IMG/VR virus record: IMGVR_UViG_3300037484_000230
Location: 1 to 40,143 of that record
Reading direction: 5' to 3' (one strand)
Source: a virus
Taxonomy: Duplodnaviria; Caudoviricetes
DNA: 40,143 nt
The translations under genes and the position numbers were made by a program. The notes below the pieces were generated by a model. That model saw only the letters and a list, made by a program, of their open reading frames with translations, searched no databases and was not told the origin of the DNA. Shown one piece after another: positions 1 to 7,470 of this stretch (position 1 is its first letter; every line of letters begins with the position of its first letter).

Positions 1-272
1 CGAGGGTCTGAGCGGTCGAGAGGGCCTTTCCCATCGTAAGAAACGCCGTCTGCGGGGTGAGCCCGTCTGCGGTGTCAAGACCCGGATCACCCGGATCGGC
101 ATTCACGTAGTACGTGGTGCCTGCGGGGTTTCCGCCCTTGGCGAGGGCCAACTGATCGGCCAGATACGAGCCGTACTTGTTGGCCGGGTTGGACATGCTG
201 GTACTGAGTCTGTTCGATGCCATGTGCGTTGTTCTCCTTCAGATGAAAAGATGATTCCGGGTGGAGCCCCTT
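1..272. repeat. Left copy of 272-bp imperfect terminal direct repeat (matches 39872-40143)
   Basis: Base-by-base comparison: 1-127 identical, then 9 mismatches (128,131,137,161,167,224,226,227,229). Confidence 0.95.
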
Positions 273-336
273 CGACGACTCGAACGCCGAATGTCGGTTT
301 ACAAGACCGATGCTTTGCCTGTTAAGCTAAAAGGGC
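262..336 (-). tRNA. tRNA-Thr(UGU), CCA encoded
   Basis: Reverse complement folds as a cloverleaf: acceptor GCCCTTT/AAGGGGC, anticodon arm TCGGT-CT TGT AA-ACCGA, T-loop TTCGAGT, 3' TCCA. Confidence 0.93.
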
Positions 337-341
337 AGATG

Positions 342-417
342 TGGTGGAACTGGCCGGGTACGATCCGGCGACCCCCTGGTTGCAGGCCAGGCGCTCTCCC
401 AACTGAGCTACAGCCCC
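342..417 (-). tRNA. tRNA-Ala(UGC), CCA encoded, non-canonical anticodon loop and T-loop
   Basis: GGGGCTG/CAGTTCC acceptor with G3:U70, discriminator A, TAGCTCAGTTGGGAGAGC D-arm, CCTGG-CC TGC AA-CCAGG, T-arm GCCGG-ATCGTAC-CCGGC. Confidence 0.9.
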
Positions 418-442
418 GTGAGATAACTTGACCGTTAAACCT

Positions 443-471
443 ATCATAACACACTTTTTACTCTTTGTCAA
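443..471 (-). promoter_or_regulatory. sigma70-type promoter for the tRNAs and probably the late operon
   Basis: TTGACA-17 nt-TATGAT on the - strand, ~25 nt upstream of tRNA-Ala. Confidence 0.8.
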
Positions 472-503
472 GCATTATTTTTACTTTAATGAAAATAAAT
501 CTC

Positions 504-532
504 TTGACTGAACATCAAACCCATGATATAGT
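504..532 (+). promoter_or_regulatory. Divergent sigma70-type promoter
   Basis: TTGACT-17-TATAGT with TGn extension, back-to-back with the 443-471 promoter. Confidence 0.7.
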
Positions 533-550
533 CATCATAGGAGATTGAAA

Positions 551-676
551 ATGAAGGTATTTTGGACTAGTCTTGTTATAGGAATACTTATCGGGATGTC
601 AAGCAGCTATTTACTCGGTTTTAATCTCATTCAAGTTATTCATGTACTTTATGTGTTCTCTCAATTTAATAAGTAA
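551..676 (+). CDS. 41-aa hydrophobic membrane micro-protein (MKVFWTSLVIGILIG...)
   Basis: AGGAG SD, directly after a promoter; hand-translated, below the ORF-track cutoff. Confidence 0.6.
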   Translation: MKVFWTSLVIGILIGMSSSYLLGFNLIQVIHVLYVFSQFNK

Positions 677-680
677 TATA

Positions 681-761
681 CCCCGAGGTCTGGCTGACCC
701 TCTCGACGGAGGGATGGGTTCGATTCCCAACAGGCAAAGCGGCTTCGAAGCCGATAAGGGG
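681..761 (+). ncRNA. Candidate structured RNA with a tRNA-like T-arm
   Basis: Stems CCCC/GGGG, GTCTG/CAGGC, CCCTC/GAGGG, TGGG-TTCGATT-CCCA and CGGCTTCGAAGCCG. Confidence 0.4.
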
Positions 762-873
762 TTGAATAAATTGGGGAAAACTCTTCGCGTACCTCCTAGT
801 ATAGTAAGAAAAGGTATTCCCTTTCACGCACATACCCCCCCTGACCCGAGAGCGCTATAGCACTTTGTTATAT

Positions 874-963
874 CAATACACTAACATATACACCTACACC
901 TACAATTATTGTTGATATGTTATAAGTAATTGTATATGTAAGTGTATATGTAGAGTGTTATTG
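874..963. repeat. Imperfect ~36-bp inverted repeat (AT-rich)
   Basis: caatacactaacatatacacctacacctacaatta versus the right-arm reverse complement caataacactctacatatacacttacatatacaatta. Confidence 0.8.
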
Positions 964-1070
964 TAGCATTCTATCATAGCATTCTATTATAGCTATATAT
1001 AATAGCATGTTATCATAGAGCGTTACAGTAGCACTTTATTATTGTATTAGATTATAGCGTCTTAGTGTAG
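951..1070. repeat. Nine tandem degenerate 13-bp units, consensus ~TAGCAYNYTATYA
   Basis: TAG recurs at 951, 964, 977, 990, 1003, 1016, 1029, (TTG at 1042), 1055 and 1068, an exact 13-bp phase. Confidence 0.85.
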
Positions 1071-1171
1071 ATGGGGAAGCCATAGCAACGGGGCGGCAAA
1101 GGTCCCCGAGTGTGGTATTTATAACACACCTATTTGTTGCATATATCACACACACAAAAGATAGAATAATC

Positions 1172-1201
1172 TTGACAACTCAATTGTTTAGAGAGTATAA
1201 T
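1172..1201 (+). promoter_or_regulatory. sigma70-type early promoter
   Basis: TTGACA-18-TATAAT. Confidence 0.75.
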
Positions 1202-1322
1202 CAATCAGGATGAAACAAATACCCAAACAAAAGAGTCAACCTTGTGCTTATCGTACAATCAAAGGTCAATTGCGCCCCTTTGGGGGCGCTCTATACTGCC
1301 TTAGTGCGCTATAACTAAGGCT

Positions 1323-1351
1323 AGTATAGCATATTTTGAAATAAATGTCAA
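1323..1351 (-). promoter_or_regulatory. sigma70-type promoter convergent with 1172-1201
   Basis: TTGACA-17-TATACT with TGn on the - strand. Confidence 0.65.
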
Positions 1352-1560
1352 GATAAATCTTTATGCAAAAAACAAACCACAAAAGAAAGAAACTAATTAC
1401 ATAGTAAAATGACAATAATTATCATTCATAACATAAAACAAGCAACGTAGGGGCTCTACAGGCTGGCATAAGACGTGCACCTATACAGGGCATGGGGGAG
1501 CTACTTGTTTATGTATCAATGCCAGATACAAACCATCCACTTCACGGGGAGGGTTAAGCC

Positions 1561-1764
1561 ATGACTCAACACGGATCAAATCTACCGGCTGGAGTGCTCG
1601 CCGAGGTTGAACGCCTTGAGGGTGAACGGAGGGACCTTGACACACAATTGAGGGAGAGGGTACAATCCCTCATTGACAACGCACGGCGGGAAGGGTTTGA
1701 CGTAGGGTTCAGAGCGGGCAAGGATGCGACGAACGCCTACAATCAATGGCGGGGGTTAGCATGA
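1561..1764 (+). CDS. Hypothetical coiled-coil protein
   Basis: GGAGG SD; ATGA overlap with the next gene. Confidence 0.7.
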   Translation: MTQHGSNLPAGVLAEVERLEGERRDLDTQLRERVQSLIDNARREGFDVGFRAGKDATNAYNQWRGLA

Positions 1765-1994
1765 AACGCCCACGGTTGATTGAATGTGATTTCTCCACCA
1801 CAGCATCCCCCGGAAGATTCCGGGAGCGGTTCAAGCCTGTTATTGAGCCAAAGCCGCACCCCTGCCAGTGCGGGAGGGTGATTGTATGGGATAGAAAGTG
1901 CTTACAATGCCAAACAGGGCCACAAGGTCCGCAAAAAGGTTGTCGTGATTGTGGCATCGAATCAACGTGCTTTCGGCATCATATCAAGGAATAA
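1761..1994 (+). CDS. Cys-rich (Zn-finger-like) hypothetical protein
   Basis: ATGA coupling; CxC, CxxC and CxxC...C..HH motifs. Confidence 0.6.
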   Translation: MKRPRLIECDFSTTASPGRFRERFKPVIEPKPHPCQCGRVIVWDRKCLQCQTGPQGPQKGCRDCGIESTCFRHHIKE

Positions 1995-2044
1995 AGTCAA
2001 GGCGTAAAAAGTCTTACTCTTAACAGGGAGTGGAAAGTTTTTAC

Positions 2045-2074
2045 TTGACAAAGGAAAAGGGGCTATGGTATCGT
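2045..2074 (+). promoter_or_regulatory. sigma70-type early promoter
   Basis: TTGACA-18-TATCGT with TGn. Confidence 0.55.
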
Positions 2075-2135
2075 ACAAAACGTGGTGGCGCTTGTCGCAT
2101 TTTTCAAGAATCAAAAACTGAAAGGGGGTGATTCA

Positions 2136-2360
2136 ATGGCTTTAAAGATTCGTAATGCGGCTTCTCAAGATACCGAGTTGTATCTTGAGAATGCGGCGGC
2201 GGGAGGGATTGACCTTGTGGCGAAAACGCCTACCGGGAAAACCGTCTCTCTGATGAATTTCCGATCAGGAGGGAAAATCACGCGGTACGCGGGCGTATCG
2301 GCGGATTTCGCACTTCCCACAACTCGATCCGGGCGTGTCCGGGTCGTCCTGTATCGGTAA
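2136..2360 (+). CDS. Hypothetical protein (74 aa)
   Basis: GGGGGTG SD before the ATG at 2136. Confidence 0.7.
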   Translation: MALKIRNAASQDTELYLENAAAGGIDLVAKTPTGKTVSLMNFRSGGKITRYAGVSADFALPTTRSGRVRVVLYR

Positions 2361-2464
2361 AGAGGGGGCATGATGAAGGGCCGGGTGTTGACTCGTTTCC
2401 CCTATGAATCTCGGGCTAGGGATGGCGAACAGCACTCGGCCTTTTCTCCTGTAAGGGGCCAATA

Positions 2465-3388
2465 ATGCCAGAGTCGCCGTACGAACCATATAACCGAATT
2501 TTATCTAACGGAGAGCGGGGAACTTGCGCCGATCCTGGATGTCAATCATGCATTGACACCCGCCGCGCACGGGAAGCACAGGAAGAAGAATCAAACCGCG
2601 TAATGAGGGAAAGAGTTTCACAAGGAGCTTCGGGGGCTTGGGTACAGTTACAAGCGTATAGGCGTATGATGCAACAACCGGGGGGCGTTGTAATGCCTTT
2701 ATCCCCCGATAATGAAACAAACCATATCGTTGTTGACCCGTCCTACTTAATGTCTCATGGTTATACTATTAGGGAAATGTCTGTACCAGATTTTCGGGCG
2801 GTCGATGGGAATAACGCGGGAGCTATTATTGTCGATGAAGTGGAGGGTCAATCTATGCCAAATGAAACCACACCGGAAGAACCAAGCGTAGTAAAACGGG
2901 CCGTGGAGTCTACACCCGAAAACCCCGAAAGCGTACTCTTATCGGCTAAACTAACACGCAATGCTTCGGGGTTGACTCTGATGCTTCGCTCCCCGATCCT
3001 TGAAAACTTTTTCAAGGTAATGTCGAACGGTACGACTTATCACGCGGGGAGTGTGAAACGCTGGAAAATCACGCAACCAAGCCTATTGAATCCTAGTGAC
3101 AGTCTGAGTCTTCCCCGCTGGATATATCCGGTGAGCCCATCGTTACTATGGCTTCAGGATGGCGTGTCGGTCAATCTTCAGATTCTTACAACGGTCGGCT
3201 TAGGAAGTGGCGTCAATCTGAATAGTGAAGTTCCTATGACGCGGGACGCCATGCAAACCTTTTTGGAAAATCTCAAAGGGGCCGCGAAAGAAATTTACTT
3301 GTCTTTTTGTACGCCTGTAGAGGGAGAAATAAACTTGTCGGTAACGGAAAAACTCTCTACAGGCTCAAGGGAAGTCCAAGACCTTTAG
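2465..3388 (+). CDS. Hypothetical protein upstream of the amidoligase; possible internal start at 2855
   Basis: 307-aa ORF with an N-terminal CxxxxCxxC and a second in-frame GGAGG-ATG at 2855. Confidence 0.75.
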   Translation: MPESPYEPYNRILSNGERGTCADPGCQSCIDTRRAREAQEEESNRVMRERVSQGASGAWVQLQAYRRMMQQPGGVVMPLSPDNETNHIVVDPSYLMSHGYTIREMSVPDFRAVDGNNAGAIIVDEVEGQSMPNETTPEEPSVVKRAVESTPENPESVLLSAKLTRNASGLTLMLRSPILENFFKVMSNGTTYHAGSVKRWKITQPSLLNPSDSLSLPRWIYPVSPSLLWLQDGVSVNLQILTTVGLGSGVNLNSEVPMTRDAMQTFLENLKGAAKEIYLSFCTPVEGEINLSVTEKLSTGSREVQDL

Positions 3389-3430
3389 GCATTATTTTTT
3401 ACCCGAAACGAAAACGAAAAAGGGGATGAT

Positions 3431-4333
3431 ATGGGAGTTGCCCTTGTCGGAATCGAACTCGAAGGCTTGTGGACTGAAAAATGCCGCGAACGGATTATAA
3501 ATTCCGGCGTACGGGTTAACTGGCAAGGTGACGGAAGTGTCGAACTAGAACGGGAAGATACTACCGGGGACGCATACCCCGAAGGATATTTAAAACAATA
3601 TGGGCTAAAAGCTACCTTAACTGGAGGAATTGTACGTTTCCCGACATACGGTGGATGGATACACAGGGGGGAAGTCGTTTCTTCTCCTTTAAATCCTGAA
3701 CCGGAAAATATCTCTCAATGGCTGGAGTCTGCCTATCCCGCAGCGGTAAACCAAACATGTGGCCTACATATACACTTATCTTTTACCACGCGGGGGTTTT
3801 ATTATCGCACGGTGTCACAGTCGTATTTTGACGCGGTATATTCGCATTTCAAAGGGTGGGGGACGGAAAAAACAATCAAAAATAACGCCTTTTGGGAACG
3901 TCTTGCAGGGAATAATTCGTATTGTAAAAAGCAATTTCTTCCAGACAAGCAAGTATGGCATACTGGAAAAGGAGACGCCAGATATTGCGGGATCAATTAT
4001 TGTTATTCCCGCTATAAAACCATTGAAATCAGACTGTTACCGATGCTTAAAGACTCAAAGCTTGCAATCTCGGCGGTCAATGATTTCATCGCGTTCACTA
4101 ATAAATTTTTAGCATCTTCCAAGCTGATGACAATCAATGAGGAAGTGAGCGAAATGCTCCCGGATTTAACGAAAAAAACGGAAGTGCTACAACTCAAAAA
4201 ACTATTATCTACTGTATCTAACGGGGTACTTGCGCCCACCATATCTTTAGCAGCGAGGGTAGGAGAAACGGCCCGCACGAGAAATGCTAGGGAAGAACTC
4301 CGATCGTATATTTTAGCATCCCGACAAAGATAA
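3431..4333 (+). CDS. Putative amidoligase (COOH-NH2 ligase, glutamine synthetase-like fold)
   Basis: Motifs GIELEG, DGSV, EVVSSPL, TCGLHIH, RYxxIN and KTIEIR typical of the Amidoligase_2 family. Confidence 0.85.
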   Translation: MGVALVGIELEGLWTEKCRERIINSGVRVNWQGDGSVELEREDTTGDAYPEGYLKQYGLKATLTGGIVRFPTYGGWIHRGEVVSSPLNPEPENISQWLESAYPAAVNQTCGLHIHLSFTTRGFYYRTVSQSYFDAVYSHFKGWGTEKTIKNNAFWERLAGNNSYCKKQFLPDKQVWHTGKGDARYCGINYCYSRYKTIEIRLLPMLKDSKLAISAVNDFIAFTNKFLASSKLMTINEEVSEMLPDLTKKTEVLQLKKLLSTVSNGVLAPTISLAARVGETARTRNAREELRSYILASRQR

Positions 4334-4360
4334 GAGGCATCTTAACAAGGGAGGGTTTGT

Positions 4361-5368
4361 ATGTGTATTGCAATTATCTGCGAAAAAACGACACCCGATG
4401 AAAAGATGCTCATTGAGGCAGAACGGCAAAACCCTGATGGGGCGGGGATTGCATGGGTAGAGACGGGAGCGGTTCGCTATCTAAAAGGCTTGACGGCGAA
4501 AGAAGTCGCAAAAGAAATTCGTGGTCTTCCCCTCCCGCTGTTTATCCATTTTCGGATTGCGACCGTTGCGGGAAAGATTGCGAGCCTTTGTCATCCCTTC
4601 GCCGTGCGACGTGACGGGAAGAACGCTCTAGAAGGAAAAACGTCTTATGTCCTGATGCATAACGGGCACTGGAGCGGGTGGAAAGAAGCGTTGACAATGT
4701 CTGTCCTTGGGGGGAATCGACAATTAGCCCGTGGTCCCTGGAGTGATACGCGTGCAATGGCGTACCTTGCGGCCCATCATGGCTTCCCTATTTTGGAACT
4801 GATAACAAGTGACCGAATTGCCGTAATGAACGGCAAAGGGGAAGTCTTTACGTACGGGTATTGGCACGAAAAAGGCGGGATAAAATTTTCTAACTATGGG
4901 CTATTTTCTGTTCCCGCCCCTTCCCATCCCTACTATGGGACGCAAACTAACCACCCTATGGGGATGTCAAAAAAACAACGGAAAGAGGCTGATAAGATAG
5001 CAAAACGAGTGCAAGCGGGTAACGATGTTAGAGTACTCGGTACGGGTAGGGCTATCCCTGTAAATGAACGCACGGTAGAGCAAAATGCCCACTTGTCATT
5101 TTGCAGTTTATCAGTATTTAACTGCTATCAATGTTGCATTATTTTTGGAAGGGAATATAAGCCTCTCCACGCACTACCCAAACCACTAGAATCAACACCG
5201 GGGGTTCACGTTTTTTCTAAGTGCCCACTTCCGGCCGAAAAGTGCCCCTCGTGCCAAACGCACTTGGCGGCTTTTGGGAATACGCCCGGCCCGCAAACAA
5301 TGGCGGAGGCTTTGGAGGAAATGAACGCGGAGGCTCAAGGCATGCTTAATAAGGCGGGGATGGAATGA
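4361..5368 (+). CDS. Class II (Ntn) glutamine amidotransferase with a Cys/His-rich C-terminal extension
   Basis: N-terminal nucleophile Cys2; NPDGAG, HFRIAT, CHPF, HNG and SDT motifs. Confidence 0.88.
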   Translation: MCIAIICEKTTPDEKMLIEAERQNPDGAGIAWVETGAVRYLKGLTAKEVAKEIRGLPLPLFIHFRIATVAGKIASLCHPFAVRRDGKNALEGKTSYVLMHNGHWSGWKEALTMSVLGGNRQLARGPWSDTRAMAYLAAHHGFPILELITSDRIAVMNGKGEVFTYGYWHEKGGIKFSNYGLFSVPAPSHPYYGTQTNHPMGMSKKQRKEADKIAKRVQAGNDVRVLGTGRAIPVNERTVEQNAHLSFCSLSVFNCYQCCIIFGREYKPLHALPKPLESTPGVHVFSKCPLPAEKCPSCQTHLAAFGNTPGPQTMAEALEEMNAEAQGMLNKAGME

Positions 5369-5586
5369 AAAAAAAAGGACAAAAGAAAAAGACAAAGCCT
5401 ACGCTTGAAAACTTCACTTTGAATAAGTGCTCTGGAGAGTATCCGAATATCCGGGAGAGCATAACGCATTTACACCCGCCCCTTTTTTGGGATACGCTAG
5501 AACCATGCCCCGCGTGTTTCTGGTATAAAGAGGCTAGAAAAGAGGAAGCGGTCAAAGATTGCCTTGAGAATCTACTTTCATTCTAG
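5365..5586 (+). CDS. Small hypothetical protein with CPAC
   Basis: ATGA overlap with the amidotransferase stop. Confidence 0.55.
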   Translation: MKKKGQKKKTKPTLENFTLNKCSGEYPNIRESITHLHPPLFWDTLEPCPACFWYKEARKEEAVKDCLENLLSF

Positions 5587-5594
5587 GAGGGATC

Positions 5595-5882
5595 ATGGTA
5601 CAATCAAAATATGGTTGTGGTCATAGGTTTATCTTGCATGAAAACTCGGGGTTAACGGAAAATATCGTACTAAAGTTTCCGTGCCCTGGATGTCGGTCTA
5701 AGCGGCCGTTTGTAAGAGAATCAGACCCCGAGGCACAAGGCGGCAAAGCCTTAGGAGTGGCAGAAGACGGGGCTATTCATATCTATTCAACGCGTCACTT
5801 GGGGCTAAAACGACATAAAAGAAGTCGGGCTATGATTCGAGCAAGTAAAGGAAAAGGGGGGATAGTAAGGGTCAAGGTCTAG
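5595..5882 (+). CDS. Zn-ribbon hypothetical protein
   Basis: AGGAGG SD; CGH...CPGC. Confidence 0.65.
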   Translation: MVQSKYGCGHRFILHENSGLTENIVLKFPCPGCRSKRPFVRESDPEAQGGKALGVAEDGAIHIYSTRHLGLKRHKRSRAMIRASKGKGGIVRVKV

Positions 5883-5939
5883 TCTGTTCGTTGATCCTAG
5901 GGCTACTGTGTTGGCCGGATATACCAAAAGAGGAAGAAA

Positions 5940-6101
5940 ATGGATTGTCCACACTGTAAATTGAAAAATGGGGTGTCTTTTACGCCGCTATCAATAGTCC
6001 AAGCGGGGGAGTCTGAAATTCTTCCGGGATACTGGTCTTGTTATGCGTGTGGATGGGTGACTTACCCGGAACTTTCAAAAAAGAGGATAATGAATAAGTA
6101 A
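5940..6101 (+). CDS. 53-aa Zn-ribbon protein (CPHC...CYACG)
   Basis: Hand-translated; GAGG SD. Confidence 0.65.
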   Translation: MDCPHCKLKNGVSFTPLSIVQAGESEILPGYWSCYACGWVTYPELSKKRIMNK

Positions 6102-6128
6102 ACCGTGCCCGAGACTCTAAGGAGTCGC

Positions 6129-6206
6129 ATGGTGTTTCGTTGGTTGTGGTTTGTCCTGTTTCTCTGGTGCTTCGTGGTGTTAGTTTTTTCAGCGGAGGAT
6201 GAATAA
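6129..6206 (+). CDS. 25-aa membrane micro-protein
   Basis: AAGGAG SD, hydrophobic, TAATG coupling. Confidence 0.5.
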   Translation: MVFRWLWFVLFLWCFVVLVFSAEDE

Positions 6207-6370
6207 TGGAAGAGGAACAAATCCTAAGAATAGGGTATCAAAAACTAGTACGTAAGGTGGGAAGAGACGAGGCAATTTTACGGACTGCCGAGGCAAACCG
6301 CGAACGCCGCGAAAAGCTACATGCGGGATCAGACCTCGCGGCGCAAGATCAAGAGAATAAAGACTGCTAG
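6206..6370 (+). CDS. 54-aa helical hypothetical protein
   Basis: GGAGG SD, TAATG coupling. Confidence 0.6.
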   Translation: MEEEQILRIGYQKLVRKVGRDEAILRTAEANRERREKLHAGSDLAAQDQENKDC

Positions 6371-6583
6371 GCCGTTTATACAAGGGCGGAAATGGGAAAG
6401 GAGGATTTCCGCCTTTTGGTAAATGACTTAGAGGCGAGTCGGCATGGAAGGGACATGCGCCTAGACAATAGGGGGCTTGGGGAATAACAGGGGCGTACCG
6501 GGAGGCTCGAATACGCCCGGAATAGCCGAATACCCGAGCGGAGGGGGTGTCGAGTCCCCCACTCGCTACAGTGAGGCAAGAAT

Positions 6584-6763
6584 ATGATACCACTAGGAAC
6601 TAACGTCAAGCCCTACGGGAAAGTCTCAGCCGTGGGGTGTATCCAAGGGGAACGGTATTATTGGCTACTCAGTAAAGAGGGGGTTGTGTCAATGATTCCG
6701 GCAGATTTCCTAGAATTGGAAGGGGGAGAACATGGGACGGTGGGGACTGTGGAGGGAACTTAA
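6584..6763 (+). CDS. 59-aa hypothetical protein
   Basis: GAGG SD; hand-translated MIPLGTNVKPYGKV... Confidence 0.55.
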   Translation: MIPLGTNVKPYGKVSAVGCIQGERYYWLLSKEGVVSMIPADFLELEGGEHGTVGTVEGT

Positions 6764-6878
6764 GTATCAATTCCGGGTGTGGTTTCACGACCGACGGGCG
6801 ACGTATTGCCCAACATGCCAAGAATGCTTGCTTTGTAACCTCCGCCCGTGTCGGAATGGCGGGCCGCATGCCGCATAG
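6732..6878 (+). CDS. 48-aa Cys-rich protein (CPTCQECLLC)
   Basis: GGGGGAG SD; hand-translated. Confidence 0.55.
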   Translation: MGRWGLWRELKYQFRVWFHDRRATYCPTCQECLLCNLRPCRNGGPHAA

Positions 6879-6890
6879 GGGGATGGTAGA

Positions 6891-7043
6891 ATGAAGAAGC
6901 CGAACGGAGTAAGGCTCACTTGTAAGAAGTGCGGCGACAAGGTTGTAGGATTGATCGGGCACGCTGGAAAGAAGCACCAAGCCTGTAGCGGGAGGATCAA
7001 AGGCTCAGGCTTGACACGGAAAGAATGCGGGGTTTGGGGCTAA
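6891..7043 (+). CDS. 50-aa Zn-finger-like protein (CKKC..H..C..C)
   Basis: GGGGGA SD; hand-translated. Confidence 0.55.
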   Translation: MKKPNGVRLTCKKCGDKVVGLIGHAGKKHQACSGRIKGSGLTRKECGVWG

Positions 7044-7453
7044 TTCCCTAGGATAGCAACGGACAAGGCTTTGGCTGGTAAGCATGCAAGCGGCGTATTC
7101 CAGATGGGCGGCGCGTGGTTGACCATATCCTAGGGAATTTTTATGGTTATCCGGTAGTCTAGAAAGGGAAGAAGAGTAAGGGGCTTATATAGGGGCGACA
7201 AACACGAAAGCCGGTCTGGTACCGGATCGGCCTTGCTGGGTGTAACGGCAAGTTCTGGCACGGGAAATCGTCCGCCCTAGCCGTAGGGAAAGCGTGGTAG
7301 TATCCTCGCAACCCCCTACCCTTCTTTTATTATTACATTTTTGTTATGTGATCTACCCCATGAAATTCCAAACTGGTGGAGGGAAAATGAGCCCTACTAT
7401 AGAGCCCAGCTATAACTTTTGCAGTTCGCATCAAGGCGGGGCTCACCCCCTCC
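7042..7453 (+). ncRNA. Non-coding cluster of stem-closed structured modules
   Basis: Perfect 14-bp IR 7042-7055/7126-7139; multibranch 7190-7279; hairpin 7283-7319; stem 7378-7453. Strand inferred from the flanking genes. Confidence 0.45.
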
Positions 7454-7470
7454 CCCGGTAAAGAAAGTGC

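Noticed and set aside
260-272. Repeat ends in the tRNA-Thr 3' end, suggesting an att site or prophage boundary
   Set aside because: No integrase or host genes; both copies contain the same phage gene, which fits a circular overlap.
642-860. 72-aa ORF
   Set aside because: No SD; overlaps a better-supported ORF and a structured element.
951-1070. CRISPR array, given the Cas4-like gene at 14244
   Set aside because: Contiguous degenerate 13-mers with no spacers; solo Cas4-like nucleases are common in phages and no other cas genes are seen.
1110-1151. CRP/FNR-like palindromes (GTGTG..CACAC; TGTTG-N6-TCACA)
   Set aside because: Imperfect matches in AT-rich DNA with unknown host; too weak to call.
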